64,000 nt of DNA from NCBI GenBank assembly GCA_964642165.1, contig CAZXOC010000003.1, positions 784 through 64,783 of the forward strand, in the 5' to 3' direction. Shown here one piece after another: positions 54,088 through 61,913 of the stretch (position 1 is its first letter; every line of letters starts with the position of its first letter). The notes beneath the pieces were generated by a model, which searched no databases, was not told where the DNA came from, and saw nothing but the letters and a program-made list of their open reading frames with translations. The translations under genes were made by a program, and so were the position numbers. The stretch comes from an uncultured Planctomycetaceae bacterium. Its GTDB lineage: Bacteria; Planctomycetota; Phycisphaerae; SM23-33.

Positions 54088-57000
54088 ATGTCACACGTGC
54101 GGTTATCCCATGCAGCGGCATTTGCGGCGGCGATCGGCCTCGCCGCGCGGGTCCCCGGCCCGGCGGCGGGCGCGGACGTCAAGCCGCGGATCCCCATCGG
54201 CGAGTTCACGGCCCGGCGGCTGGCCAAGGCGCCGACCGTCGACGGGCGCATCGCACCCGGCGAATGGGACGAGGCGCTGATGACGTCGGGCCTGGTCACG
54301 CCCTTCGGCCACCGGATGCACGAGGCCGAGACCACCTTCGCCTTCGGCTTCGACGACGAGCGGTTCTACTTCCTGGCCGACTGCACGCGCGGCAACCGCG
54401 AGTGGAAGCTCCACAAGAGCGCCCGCGAGAACGACGCCTACAACTTCGGCGACCCGTCCATCGAGGTCTGGGTCAGCCCGCCGACGCCCGTGGCGGAGAC
54501 GTACCAGAGCATCATCAACACGTTCCCCGCCGTCATGGACATCCGGTTCATTCCCAGCCGCGGCTACTCGGCGATGGGCTGGACCGGCCGATGGAAGCTC
54601 GGTGTGACGGAGAGCGACACGCGGTACGCCATCGAGGCGTCGATCCCGATCCGGGACTTCGGCTTCGACCGGGTTCGCGACGGCGACGTCTGGCGGCTGC
54701 TGCTGTGCCGCACCTCGCCGGGCACGAAGCCGCGCGCCCAGGCGTCGTGGTCGATCACGCAGGGCTTCAGCGAGATTGTCCAGCACCCGAAGGTGCACCT
54801 GCGGGACGACGCCCCGCTGCTCCAGCTCCACGGCGCGATCTCCATCTTCACGGGGACGTTCGACTTCCCGATGGCCGTCGCCGCGCCGCGCGGCAAGCCC
54901 GCCAAGGTCAACGTGACCCTGCGCATCCAGGCGGGGGCGCTGCCGGGCGCCGGCGACGAGGTCCTCCGCAAGTCCTGCTCGCTGAAGGCGGGCGAGCGGA
55001 AGACGTTCCGCTTGGCCGGCGACGTGACGGCGCGGAAGCGGGGGGTCTTCACGATCGCGGCCGCCACGGCCGGCGGGGAGGAGTTCTTCCGCCAGTCCTG
55101 GCCGTTCGAGGTCAACGGCTTCGTGCACCGCAAGCCCGTGCGGCCGCCGCAAGCCCCCGAGCCCGAGCCGCTGGCCCTCCGCGTCCAGTACGGCCCGGAG
55201 AGCAACGTCCTGCTGGCGAAGGCGGACATCCTGGACCTGCCCGGCCGGGAGCGGGCCGCCTCGGCCGTCCTGCGCGTCCTCGACGCGACGTCCCGGAAGG
55301 TGATCCAGGAGGCGCCGATGCCCGCCTTTCGGAACTGGCATGCCAGCGGGCACCTGGTCCTGAAGAAGCTGCGCGTGCCGGTGCTGAACGCCCCGGCCGT
55401 CGACCGGGCCGAGCGCTACAACGCGACGCTGCCCGAGGAGAACCGGCGGCGCGCGAAGAAGGGCCAGCCGCCGCTGAAGCCGCGGCCCGTCCCGGCGCCC
55501 CGGCCGCTGCCCGTCCTCGTCGAGGTCGCCGTCCGGGACGCCGACGGGAAGACCCTCCGGACCGCGTCGAAGCCGGTGGACCTGCTGCGCTACCGCTTCG
55601 AATGGTCGGACAACGACGCGGGCATCACCGACGAGGTCATCCCGCCGTGGACGCCCGTGACCTACGAGCCCCCCGGCACCGTCGGCGTGTGGAACCGCCG
55701 GATGCGCGTCAACGGCCTGGGGCTGCTGGAGGCGATCGACAACGGCGGCGCGAGCCAGGTCGAGCGGATGCGCCTCGTGGCGGTCGCCGGGGGCAAGGCG
55801 GTCGAGATCCAGCCGTCTGGCCCGTCGCTCGTCCGCCAGGTGGGCAATGCCGTGACGCTCGCCGGGACGGGTCACGGCGCCGGGCTGAGGCTCTCGGCCC
55901 GGACGCGGTTCGAGTTCGACGGCTTCGCCCTGAGCGAACTGACGATCGCCCCGGCCAACGGCGCGGGGAAGGCCCAGGTGGAGGGGCTCTACCTGGAGGT
56001 CGTCCTGCCGGAGTCGGAGGCGACGCACTTCTGCACGACGGCGGGCGGCTGGGCGGCCGTCCACGACGAAACGCCCAAGTACTGGTCCAGCCGGCAGACC
56101 GGCTCGGGGCTGCTCATCGGCGACTTCGTGCCGTACGTCTGGCTGACCAACTCGGACCGGGCCCTCGCGTGGTTCGCGGACAGCGACCGAGGCTGGATCA
56201 CCGACGACGACCGCTCGCACCCCACGCAGGAGATCGTCCGCGCCGGCGGCAAGGTCACGCTGCGCGTGCACTTCATCGAGCGTCCGGCCGAGCTGCGGCG
56301 CCCGACGACGCTCACCTACGGCTACCAGACGTTCCCATCCCGCCCGCTGCCGCCGGGGTGGCGGTCGGTCGTCTGCTCGTCGGGGCGATCCAGGTACCTG
56401 CCCAGCGGGCGGCACACGTACTTCTGGTTCGACAGCCAGGCCGACTGGGCGGTCCTCTGGCCGTACTACTGCTCGCCGTACCCCTGGAGCATGGACAAGA
56501 GCCGCCAGGCCTTCTCGCGCTTCCCGCCGGAGACGACTCACCGCCCGATGGTCGGCTCGATCGCCCACGCCGTCGCCCGCTACCGCGACTACGCCGGCCA
56601 CGAGTTCCCCGGCTACGTCGTCGACTGGGGCGCGACCCCGGGCGACCGGTCCAACGGCAACTGCACCCAGGGCCGCGGACCGAACGACTTCCGCGTCTGG
56701 CACTACCGGCAGTGGGTCCGCGAGGCGGGCTTCCGCGGGCTCTACATCGACGAGAACTACCTCTCCGCGGAGACCAACTCCCTGACCGGCGGGGCGTACC
56801 TCCGGCCGGACGGGCGGGTCCAGCGCGGCTACTCCTACCTCGGCCTGCGCGAGTACTACAAGCGGATGAAGGTGATGTTCCACCGCCACCGCGTGCCGGC
56901 GCCGAACCTGTGGATGCACGTCTCGTCGGGCGCGGCCTACCACGCCTGGCTGGGCGACGTCTTCTTCGAGGGCGAGAACGTCGAGCCGACGGACCTGGCG

Positions 57001-58128
57001 CAGGACTACCTGGCGGTCCTTCCGGCGGCGCGAATGCGGGCGATCGGCTCGGCGCGGTGCGCCGGCGGCGTGATGACCATGATGTGCCAGTCGCAGCGCC
57101 ACCGCACCGTCCACGAGCCGAAGCACACCCACCAGTTCGTCGGCTGGGTCATGGCCCACGACATCCTGCCCGAGCAGGTGCGGTTCTACGAGGTCCTCGC
57201 GCAGGAGGGGCGGCTCTACGAGGACGACGTGGAGTTCGTCGGCTACTGGAGGCCGGACTGCCCGGCCCGGACGGAGACGCCCGAGTGCCTCGTCTCCGTG
57301 CACAAGACGCCGCATCGGGCCTTGCTGTGGGTCGTCAACACGGCACGCAGGGACCAGACGGCGCACGTGAAGCTGGACTTCGCGAAGCTCGGCCTGAAGC
57401 CAGGCGGCACGGTCGCCCTGAACGCCGAGACGGGCGAGAGGCTCCCCCTCGAGGGCGACGCGCTTCGCGCGGCCGTGCGGAAGCGCGACTTCGCGGCCGT
57501 GCATCTGATCGAGCGGCGCCGGCTGAAGGCGGGCGAGAGCTTCCTCGCCACGTTCGACCACAACAGCAACGAGGCCGACGAGGCATTCGGCTCGGGCGTG
57601 TTCCAGGCGGCGGGGCGCGGGGCGAGCCGGCTCGTCCGCGTCGGCGGCCTGCGCGGCGCGGCGCTGGCGGCGGGCTTTGCGTTCTCCCCGCACCTGAGCC
57701 TCGCCGACGACGAGGGGAGCCTGAGCTTCCACGCCAAGCTGCCCGCCGAGGCGAGGGGCACGATCCTCGACGCCGGGCGCGTGCGGATCGAGATCAAGGG
57801 CGGGCGGCCGCGACAGATCGTCCTGACCGCCAACCTCACCCCCGCGAAGCGCGACCGCCGCGGGCGGCTCGTCGTCGGCAGGGACAAGGCGTTCGTCCGG
57901 ACGGTGGCCGCCGGCGCCCCGCCCGCGGGATGGCGCCGATTCCGGCTCGACTGGAAGGATGCCAAGCTGCGCCTCCGGATCGACGGAGCGGACGCCGCGA
58001 GCTGTGACTTCAAGGGCTTCGGCATCGGGCGGCCGCTCGGCAGGGACGTGACCGCCGTGCCGCCGTTCGTCTTCGAGCGCGGCGCGGAGGCCTGCGACGA
58101 GATCCGCTGCCGCCGGGACGCCGAATAG
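54088..58128 (+). CDS. Very large secreted protein (1346 aa), N-terminal CBM9/DOMON-like region; hypothetical
   Basis: RBS AAGAGGAAGG, ATG 54088. Signal peptide MSHVRLSHAAAFAAAIGLAARVPGPAAGA. Then RIPIGEFTARRLAKAPTVDGRIAPGEWDEA (CBM9-like start). Transcribed divergently from the ECF sigma 142 bp away. Confidence 0.55.
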   Translation: MSHVRLSHAAAFAAAIGLAARVPGPAAGADVKPRIPIGEFTARRLAKAPTVDGRIAPGEWDEALMTSGLVTPFGHRMHEAETTFAFGFDDERFYFLADCTRGNREWKLHKSARENDAYNFGDPSIEVWVSPPTPVAETYQSIINTFPAVMDIRFIPSRGYSAMGWTGRWKLGVTESDTRYAIEASIPIRDFGFDRVRDGDVWRLLLCRTSPGTKPRAQASWSITQGFSEIVQHPKVHLRDDAPLLQLHGAISIFTGTFDFPMAVAAPRGKPAKVNVTLRIQAGALPGAGDEVLRKSCSLKAGERKTFRLAGDVTARKRGVFTIAAATAGGEEFFRQSWPFEVNGFVHRKPVRPPQAPEPEPLALRVQYGPESNVLLAKADILDLPGRERAASAVLRVLDATSRKVIQEAPMPAFRNWHASGHLVLKKLRVPVLNAPAVDRAERYNATLPEENRRRAKKGQPPLKPRPVPAPRPLPVLVEVAVRDADGKTLRTASKPVDLLRYRFEWSDNDAGITDEVIPPWTPVTYEPPGTVGVWNRRMRVNGLGLLEAIDNGGASQVERMRLVAVAGGKAVEIQPSGPSLVRQVGNAVTLAGTGHGAGLRLSARTRFEFDGFALSELTIAPANGAGKAQVEGLYLEVVLPESEATHFCTTAGGWAAVHDETPKYWSSRQTGSGLLIGDFVPYVWLTNSDRALAWFADSDRGWITDDDRSHPTQEIVRAGGKVTLRVHFIERPAELRRPTTLTYGYQTFPSRPLPPGWRSVVCSSGRSRYLPSGRHTYFWFDSQADWAVLWPYYCSPYPWSMDKSRQAFSRFPPETTHRPMVGSIAHAVARYRDYAGHEFPGYVVDWGATPGDRSNGNCTQGRGPNDFRVWHYRQWVREAGFRGLYIDENYLSAETNSLTGGAYLRPDGRVQRGYSYLGLREYYKRMKVMFHRHRVPAPNLWMHVSSGAAYHAWLGDVFFEGENVEPTDLAQDYLAVLPAARMRAIGSARCAGGVMTMMCQSQRHRTVHEPKHTHQFVGWVMAHDILPEQVRFYEVLAQEGRLYEDDVEFVGYWRPDCPARTETPECLVSVHKTPHRALLWVVNTARRDQTAHVKLDFAKLGLKPGGTVALNAETGERLPLEGDALRAAVRKRDFAAVHLIERRRLKAGESFLATFDHNSNEADEAFGSGVFQAAGRGASRLVRVGGLRGAALAAGFAFSPHLSLADDEGSLSFHAKLPAEARGTILDAGRVRIEIKGGRPRQIVLTANLTPAKRDRRGRLVVGRDKAFVRTVAAGAPPAGWRRFRLDWKDAKLRLRIDGADAASCDFKGFGIGRPLGRDVTAVPPFVFERGAEACDEIRCRRDAE

Positions 58129-58167
58129 ACGGCGCGCCGTCGTGGCGCTTCGGGAAGGAGACTCCGG

Positions 58168-58581
58168 ATGGAAGACGTGGCACGCGTGAGGAAGCACTTC
58201 GAGACCGACGCCCTGGCGAAGCTGCTGGGCATGGAGCTGCTGGACGTCGCGCCCGGCCGCGCGACGGTCCGCATGGAGGTCCGGCCGGAACACCTCAACA
58301 CGTTCGGCACGGCCCACGGCGGGACGATCTTCGCCCTGGCGGACTACGCCTTCGAGGTCGCGGGCAACTCGCACGGCACGGTCGCCGTCGCGCTGAACGT
58401 CGACATCAGCTTCCTGAAGGCGGTCGGCCTGGAGACCATCACCGCCGAGGCGAAGGAGGTCTCCGCGGGCAACCGCGTCCGCCACTACGACATCACCGTG
58501 ACGAACGAGGCCGGCGAGGCCGTCGCCTTCTTCCACGGCATCGTCTACCGCAAGCGCGACCAGATCGCCTGGCCGGAGTGA
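58168..58581 (+). CDS. PaaI/YbgC-type hotdog-fold acyl-CoA thioesterase
   Basis: LLGMELLDVAPGRATVRMEVRPEHLNTFGTAHGGTIFALADYAFEVAGNSHG (hotdog HGG motif), 137 aa. Confidence 0.75.
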   Translation: MEDVARVRKHFETDALAKLLGMELLDVAPGRATVRMEVRPEHLNTFGTAHGGTIFALADYAFEVAGNSHGTVAVALNVDISFLKAVGLETITAEAKEVSAGNRVRHYDITVTNEAGEAVAFFHGIVYRKRDQIAWPE

Positions 58582-58609
58582 CCGCCGGCGGGGGCCGGGT
58601 CGGTCGGCA

Positions 58610-61600
58610 TCACGGGCCTTCGGGCGGGGCTGCGGGTCGGGCCGGCGGGCCCGACGGGAACGCCACGCGCACCTTCTCGCCGGCGGGGCGCCCGGTCGGG
58701 TTGGGGACCTCGAGCTCCACGGGCACGCGCCCAGTCTTGGCGTCCACCGTCGCCGAGACGCGGAGCACCTTGCCGCGAGCCGCCGGCCCCCGCCCCTCGA
58801 AGAGGACCAGGACGACCTGCCCGGGCTTGCAGTTCATGGCCCACGTGATGGGCAGGTGAGCCTGGACGCGAAGGGGGTCGTTGCCGGCCTTGACGATGCG
58901 GACGACGGGCGTCAGGGCCCGGACGGCCTCGCCGACGGAGACGAGCACGCGCTCCACGCGCCCGTCGATCGGGCTGGTCAGGCGCGTCGCCTCGAGGCGG
59001 ATCTCCGCCTCGCGGGCGCGGTGACGGCTGGCCAGGAGGTTGGCCTTGGCCAGCTCGATCTCGAGCTGGGCTGCCACGACGACGGCCTCGGCCTTCGCCA
59101 CGTCGGCCGCCGAGACCGCGGCCCTGTCGGCAAGCATCTGGACCCGCTTCAGCTCGGCGCGCGCGGCCTCAGATTTCCTGTCGGCGGCCTGAAGGTGGAT
59201 GGTGTTCTTGGCGTCGGCCATCAGGCGCGCCAGCTCCTCCCGCTGGGCTGCGTCGTCCAGGCGGACCAGCACCTGCCTCGCCTTGACGACGCTGCCCTCC
59301 CGCACGAGCACCGCGGCGACGCGACCGTCGCAGAGGAACGACAGGCTGCGCGAGTGGCCCGGCGGCAGGGCGGTGAGGGCCTCGAACCACTGCGTGCTCC
59401 AGGCGGCGACGGCCCGCCGCCGAAGGTCGCTCAACGTGGAGACGATCACCGCGCCGTTGTTGATGGCGTAGACCGGCACGTCGCCGCCTTCCTTGCCCGA
59501 CCCCGCGCCGTGGGCGTGCCGGAGGATCGTCTCGATGAGCTTGCCGGCGGGAAGGTTCCGGGCCCGAAAGGTCACACGCGTGTCGGGCCGGATACCCAGG
59601 GGCTCCAGGGCGCCCCAGACGACCTGAACGGTCACGCCGGCGTACTTGCCCACGCCTTCCAGGGCGGTCTTCAGCGGGATGTCGTCCAGGACCAGCTTGT
59701 CCGCCTTGGCATCGAGCTTCAGGCGGGTCACGGCGTCCGCCTTCGTTTTCGGAAGGGCCGTCAGCCTAACCCGGCTGCCCGGGCGGACGACCGGCGCGCG
59801 GGCGGTGCGCGGCCAGACGTCCGAGACGAACGGGGCGCTGTCGCGCTGCCCGGCGCCGGCTCCTGAGGCCGCCACCTCGCTCCGCGTGGAGACGGTCAGC
59901 ACGCCGTCCTCGACGGTGTACACCGGCTGGTCGCGTTCGTTCTTGATGTCTGCGCTGACGTACCGCAGGATCAATTCCAGCGCCTGCCGGACCGTCACCT
60001 TCCGCACGTCCACGGTGACCGGGGTGTCCGGGTCGCCGCCGGCAGCGACCAGCGCACGCCAGTTCACGTGGATATTGGCGTCCGAATACTCGCGCAGGAA
60101 CTGGAGGACGTCCTTCAGCGGGATGTCCGCGAAGCTCAGGCGGGGGATCTCCCGCGTGAGCTTCTTGCGGAGGGCGGCGTCGACCTGATGCCCCTTCCCC
60201 GGCCGGGCCGGGACTTCCCGGCCGACCCACGCTCGCTCGGGTGAGAGGTCAGACCGTGTGGATACGACGACCACGCCGTCCTCGATCGCATACCCCAGCC
60301 GGGCGTGCTTGTCCTTGATGCCGGTGCTGACGTCGCGCAGGACCAGCTCCAGCGCCCGCCGGACCGTGACCTTCCGCACGTCCACGGTGACCGGGGTGGC
60401 CGGGTCGACGCCGGCGGCGACGAGGGTCCGCCAGCGGACGTGGAGATTCGTGTCGGAGTACTCGCGCAGGAACTGGAAGACGTCCTTCAGCTCGATGTCC
60501 GCGAAGCTGAGCCTCTCGATCTCCTTGTCGAGCTTTGCGCGTGCGACGGCGTCGGGATCGGTCTTGCCCCCGCTCGGGGCCTTCGGCGTCGATGCCGTCT
60601 TGCCGCGCTTGGGCCTGGCCGCCGCCGGCTTGCCCCCGCCGGACCGACCGCCCTGGGCATTCGTCAGCGTCACCAGCCCCAAGCCGCCCAACAGCACGAT
60701 CCCCACCGCCGACCAGCGGCGCCGCTTCTGTCCGAACTGCGCGATCATCCGGATTCTCCTTCGCATCTGGTGGGTGTCTTCCGCCACCCCGACCACCCCT
60801 GCCAGGCGGGCTGGCCGGGCCAGCGACTCCAGCATCTTCAGCATCGTTCGACCGTAGCCCCGGGCATCCCGCCCGCGCGTCCGTGCCAGGACCGTCTCGT
60901 CGCAAGCCAGCTCCCGGTCGCTCCGCATTCGCCGCAGCGCCAGCCAGACCAGCGGGTTGAACCAGTGCAGCAGCGCCAGCATCGTCGCCACGTAGTCCAC
61001 CGGCACGTCCCGGCGCTTCAGGTGGGCCAGCTCGTGACGGAGAACGTGCCGCAACTCCTCAGTGCCCAGCGCGTCGGCCAAGCCCGCCGGCAGCAGCAGC
61101 CTGCGCCGCAGCAGGCCGAACAGGGCCGGAATCTCCACCGCCGTGGTCTCCAGGGCAGTCACGTGCCCCCGGACGCCCATCGCCGCCCTGCATTCCTCCA
61201 GCAGCTTGATCACCTCCGGCCGCGCGGGCGACGAGTGCCGACGCAGCCTCCGGTGGAAGCGTGCATTGGTGAGGATCAGCCGACCCAGCAGCACCGCCGC
61301 CCCGCCGGCCCACGCCAGGACCAGCAGCTCCAGCAGCGGCGCCGTCCAGGGCCGGGCTTCGCGCCCCGGCCGCGCCGGGACGGGACGGGCTCGCGGCGGG
61401 CTCGCGGCGGGTGAGGGCGCGCTATACGTTGGGGCGGCCGCCGCGCGAGGCGGCGGCAGCGGCTCCCGCGCCGCCGGCGGCTCGGGCGCCGCGGGGGACG
61501 CCAGCGCCGCCTCGGCCGCCCCCGGCGGCGGGGTGCCCTCGGTGCGCCCCTGCCGGGCCGGGGCATCGCCGTCGGCGAGCCGTACGTCCGGAGCCGCGGC

Positions 61601-61825
61601 CGAGAGCGCCGGTAGGTTGAAGACGCTCCACGGCGCCCGCGGCGCCGTCGGCAGCGCCAGCCGAATCAGCACGAGCAGCCACAGCGCGTAGCGCCAGCGG
61701 CCGGGCAGCCGCCGGCCCAGAAGCCCCTGCACCGCCAGCACCAGCACGATCAGCACCGACGCCTGGAGCGACGACTGCCCCAGCCACGCCATCCATCCCC
61801 GCGAGTAGTCCCATAGGTCGGCCAT
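58610..61825 (-). CDS. M56-family (BlaR1/MecR1-like) membrane metallopeptidase fused to three STN domains and a C-terminal HlyD/membrane-fusion-protein-like domain
   Basis: RBS AGGAG before ATG 61825 (MADLWDYS..). N-terminal TM helices (SLQASVLIVLVLAV.., RWRYALWLLVLIRLALP). Zinc motif HELAHLKRRD (HExxH). Three repeats of ..LSFADI(E/P)LKDV(F/L)QFLREYSD.N.HV.WR..VTVDVRKVTVR.ALEL(V/I)LR.. (STN-like). A coiled coil plus LTSPIDGRVERV (HlyD beta-barrel-like). The first 70 codons of the track ORF are spurious. Confidence 0.65.
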   Translation of the reverse strand: MADLWDYSRGWMAWLGQSSLQASVLIVLVLAVQGLLGRRLPGRWRYALWLLVLIRLALPTAPRAPWSVFNLPALSAAAPDVRLADGDAPARQGRTEGTPPPGAAEAALASPAAPEPPAAREPLPPPRAAAAPTYSAPSPAASPPRARPVPARPGREARPWTAPLLELLVLAWAGGAAVLLGRLILTNARFHRRLRRHSSPARPEVIKLLEECRAAMGVRGHVTALETTAVEIPALFGLLRRRLLLPAGLADALGTEELRHVLRHELAHLKRRDVPVDYVATMLALLHWFNPLVWLALRRMRSDRELACDETVLARTRGRDARGYGRTMLKMLESLARPARLAGVVGVAEDTHQMRRRIRMIAQFGQKRRRWSAVGIVLLGGLGLVTLTNAQGGRSGGGKPAAARPKRGKTASTPKAPSGGKTDPDAVARAKLDKEIERLSFADIELKDVFQFLREYSDTNLHVRWRTLVAAGVDPATPVTVDVRKVTVRRALELVLRDVSTGIKDKHARLGYAIEDGVVVVSTRSDLSPERAWVGREVPARPGKGHQVDAALRKKLTREIPRLSFADIPLKDVLQFLREYSDANIHVNWRALVAAGGDPDTPVTVDVRKVTVRQALELILRYVSADIKNERDQPVYTVEDGVLTVSTRSEVAASGAGAGQRDSAPFVSDVWPRTARAPVVRPGSRVRLTALPKTKADAVTRLKLDAKADKLVLDDIPLKTALEGVGKYAGVTVQVVWGALEPLGIRPDTRVTFRARNLPAGKLIETILRHAHGAGSGKEGGDVPVYAINNGAVIVSTLSDLRRRAVAAWSTQWFEALTALPPGHSRSLSFLCDGRVAAVLVREGSVVKARQVLVRLDDAAQREELARLMADAKNTIHLQAADRKSEAARAELKRVQMLADRAAVSAADVAKAEAVVVAAQLEIELAKANLLASRHRAREAEIRLEATRLTSPIDGRVERVLVSVGEAVRALTPVVRIVKAGNDPLRVQAHLPITWAMNCKPGQVVLVLFEGRGPAARGKVLRVSATVDAKTGRVPVELEVPNPTGRPAGEKVRVAFPSGPPARPAAPPEGP

Positions 61826-61913
61826 GCTCGGCACTCCTACAGCTTCTCGACCTGTCCGCCTCTCGCCGGCCGGGGGCGATGCGGTCACGCCCCGGTCGGC
61901 GTCCCGTGGCCGC

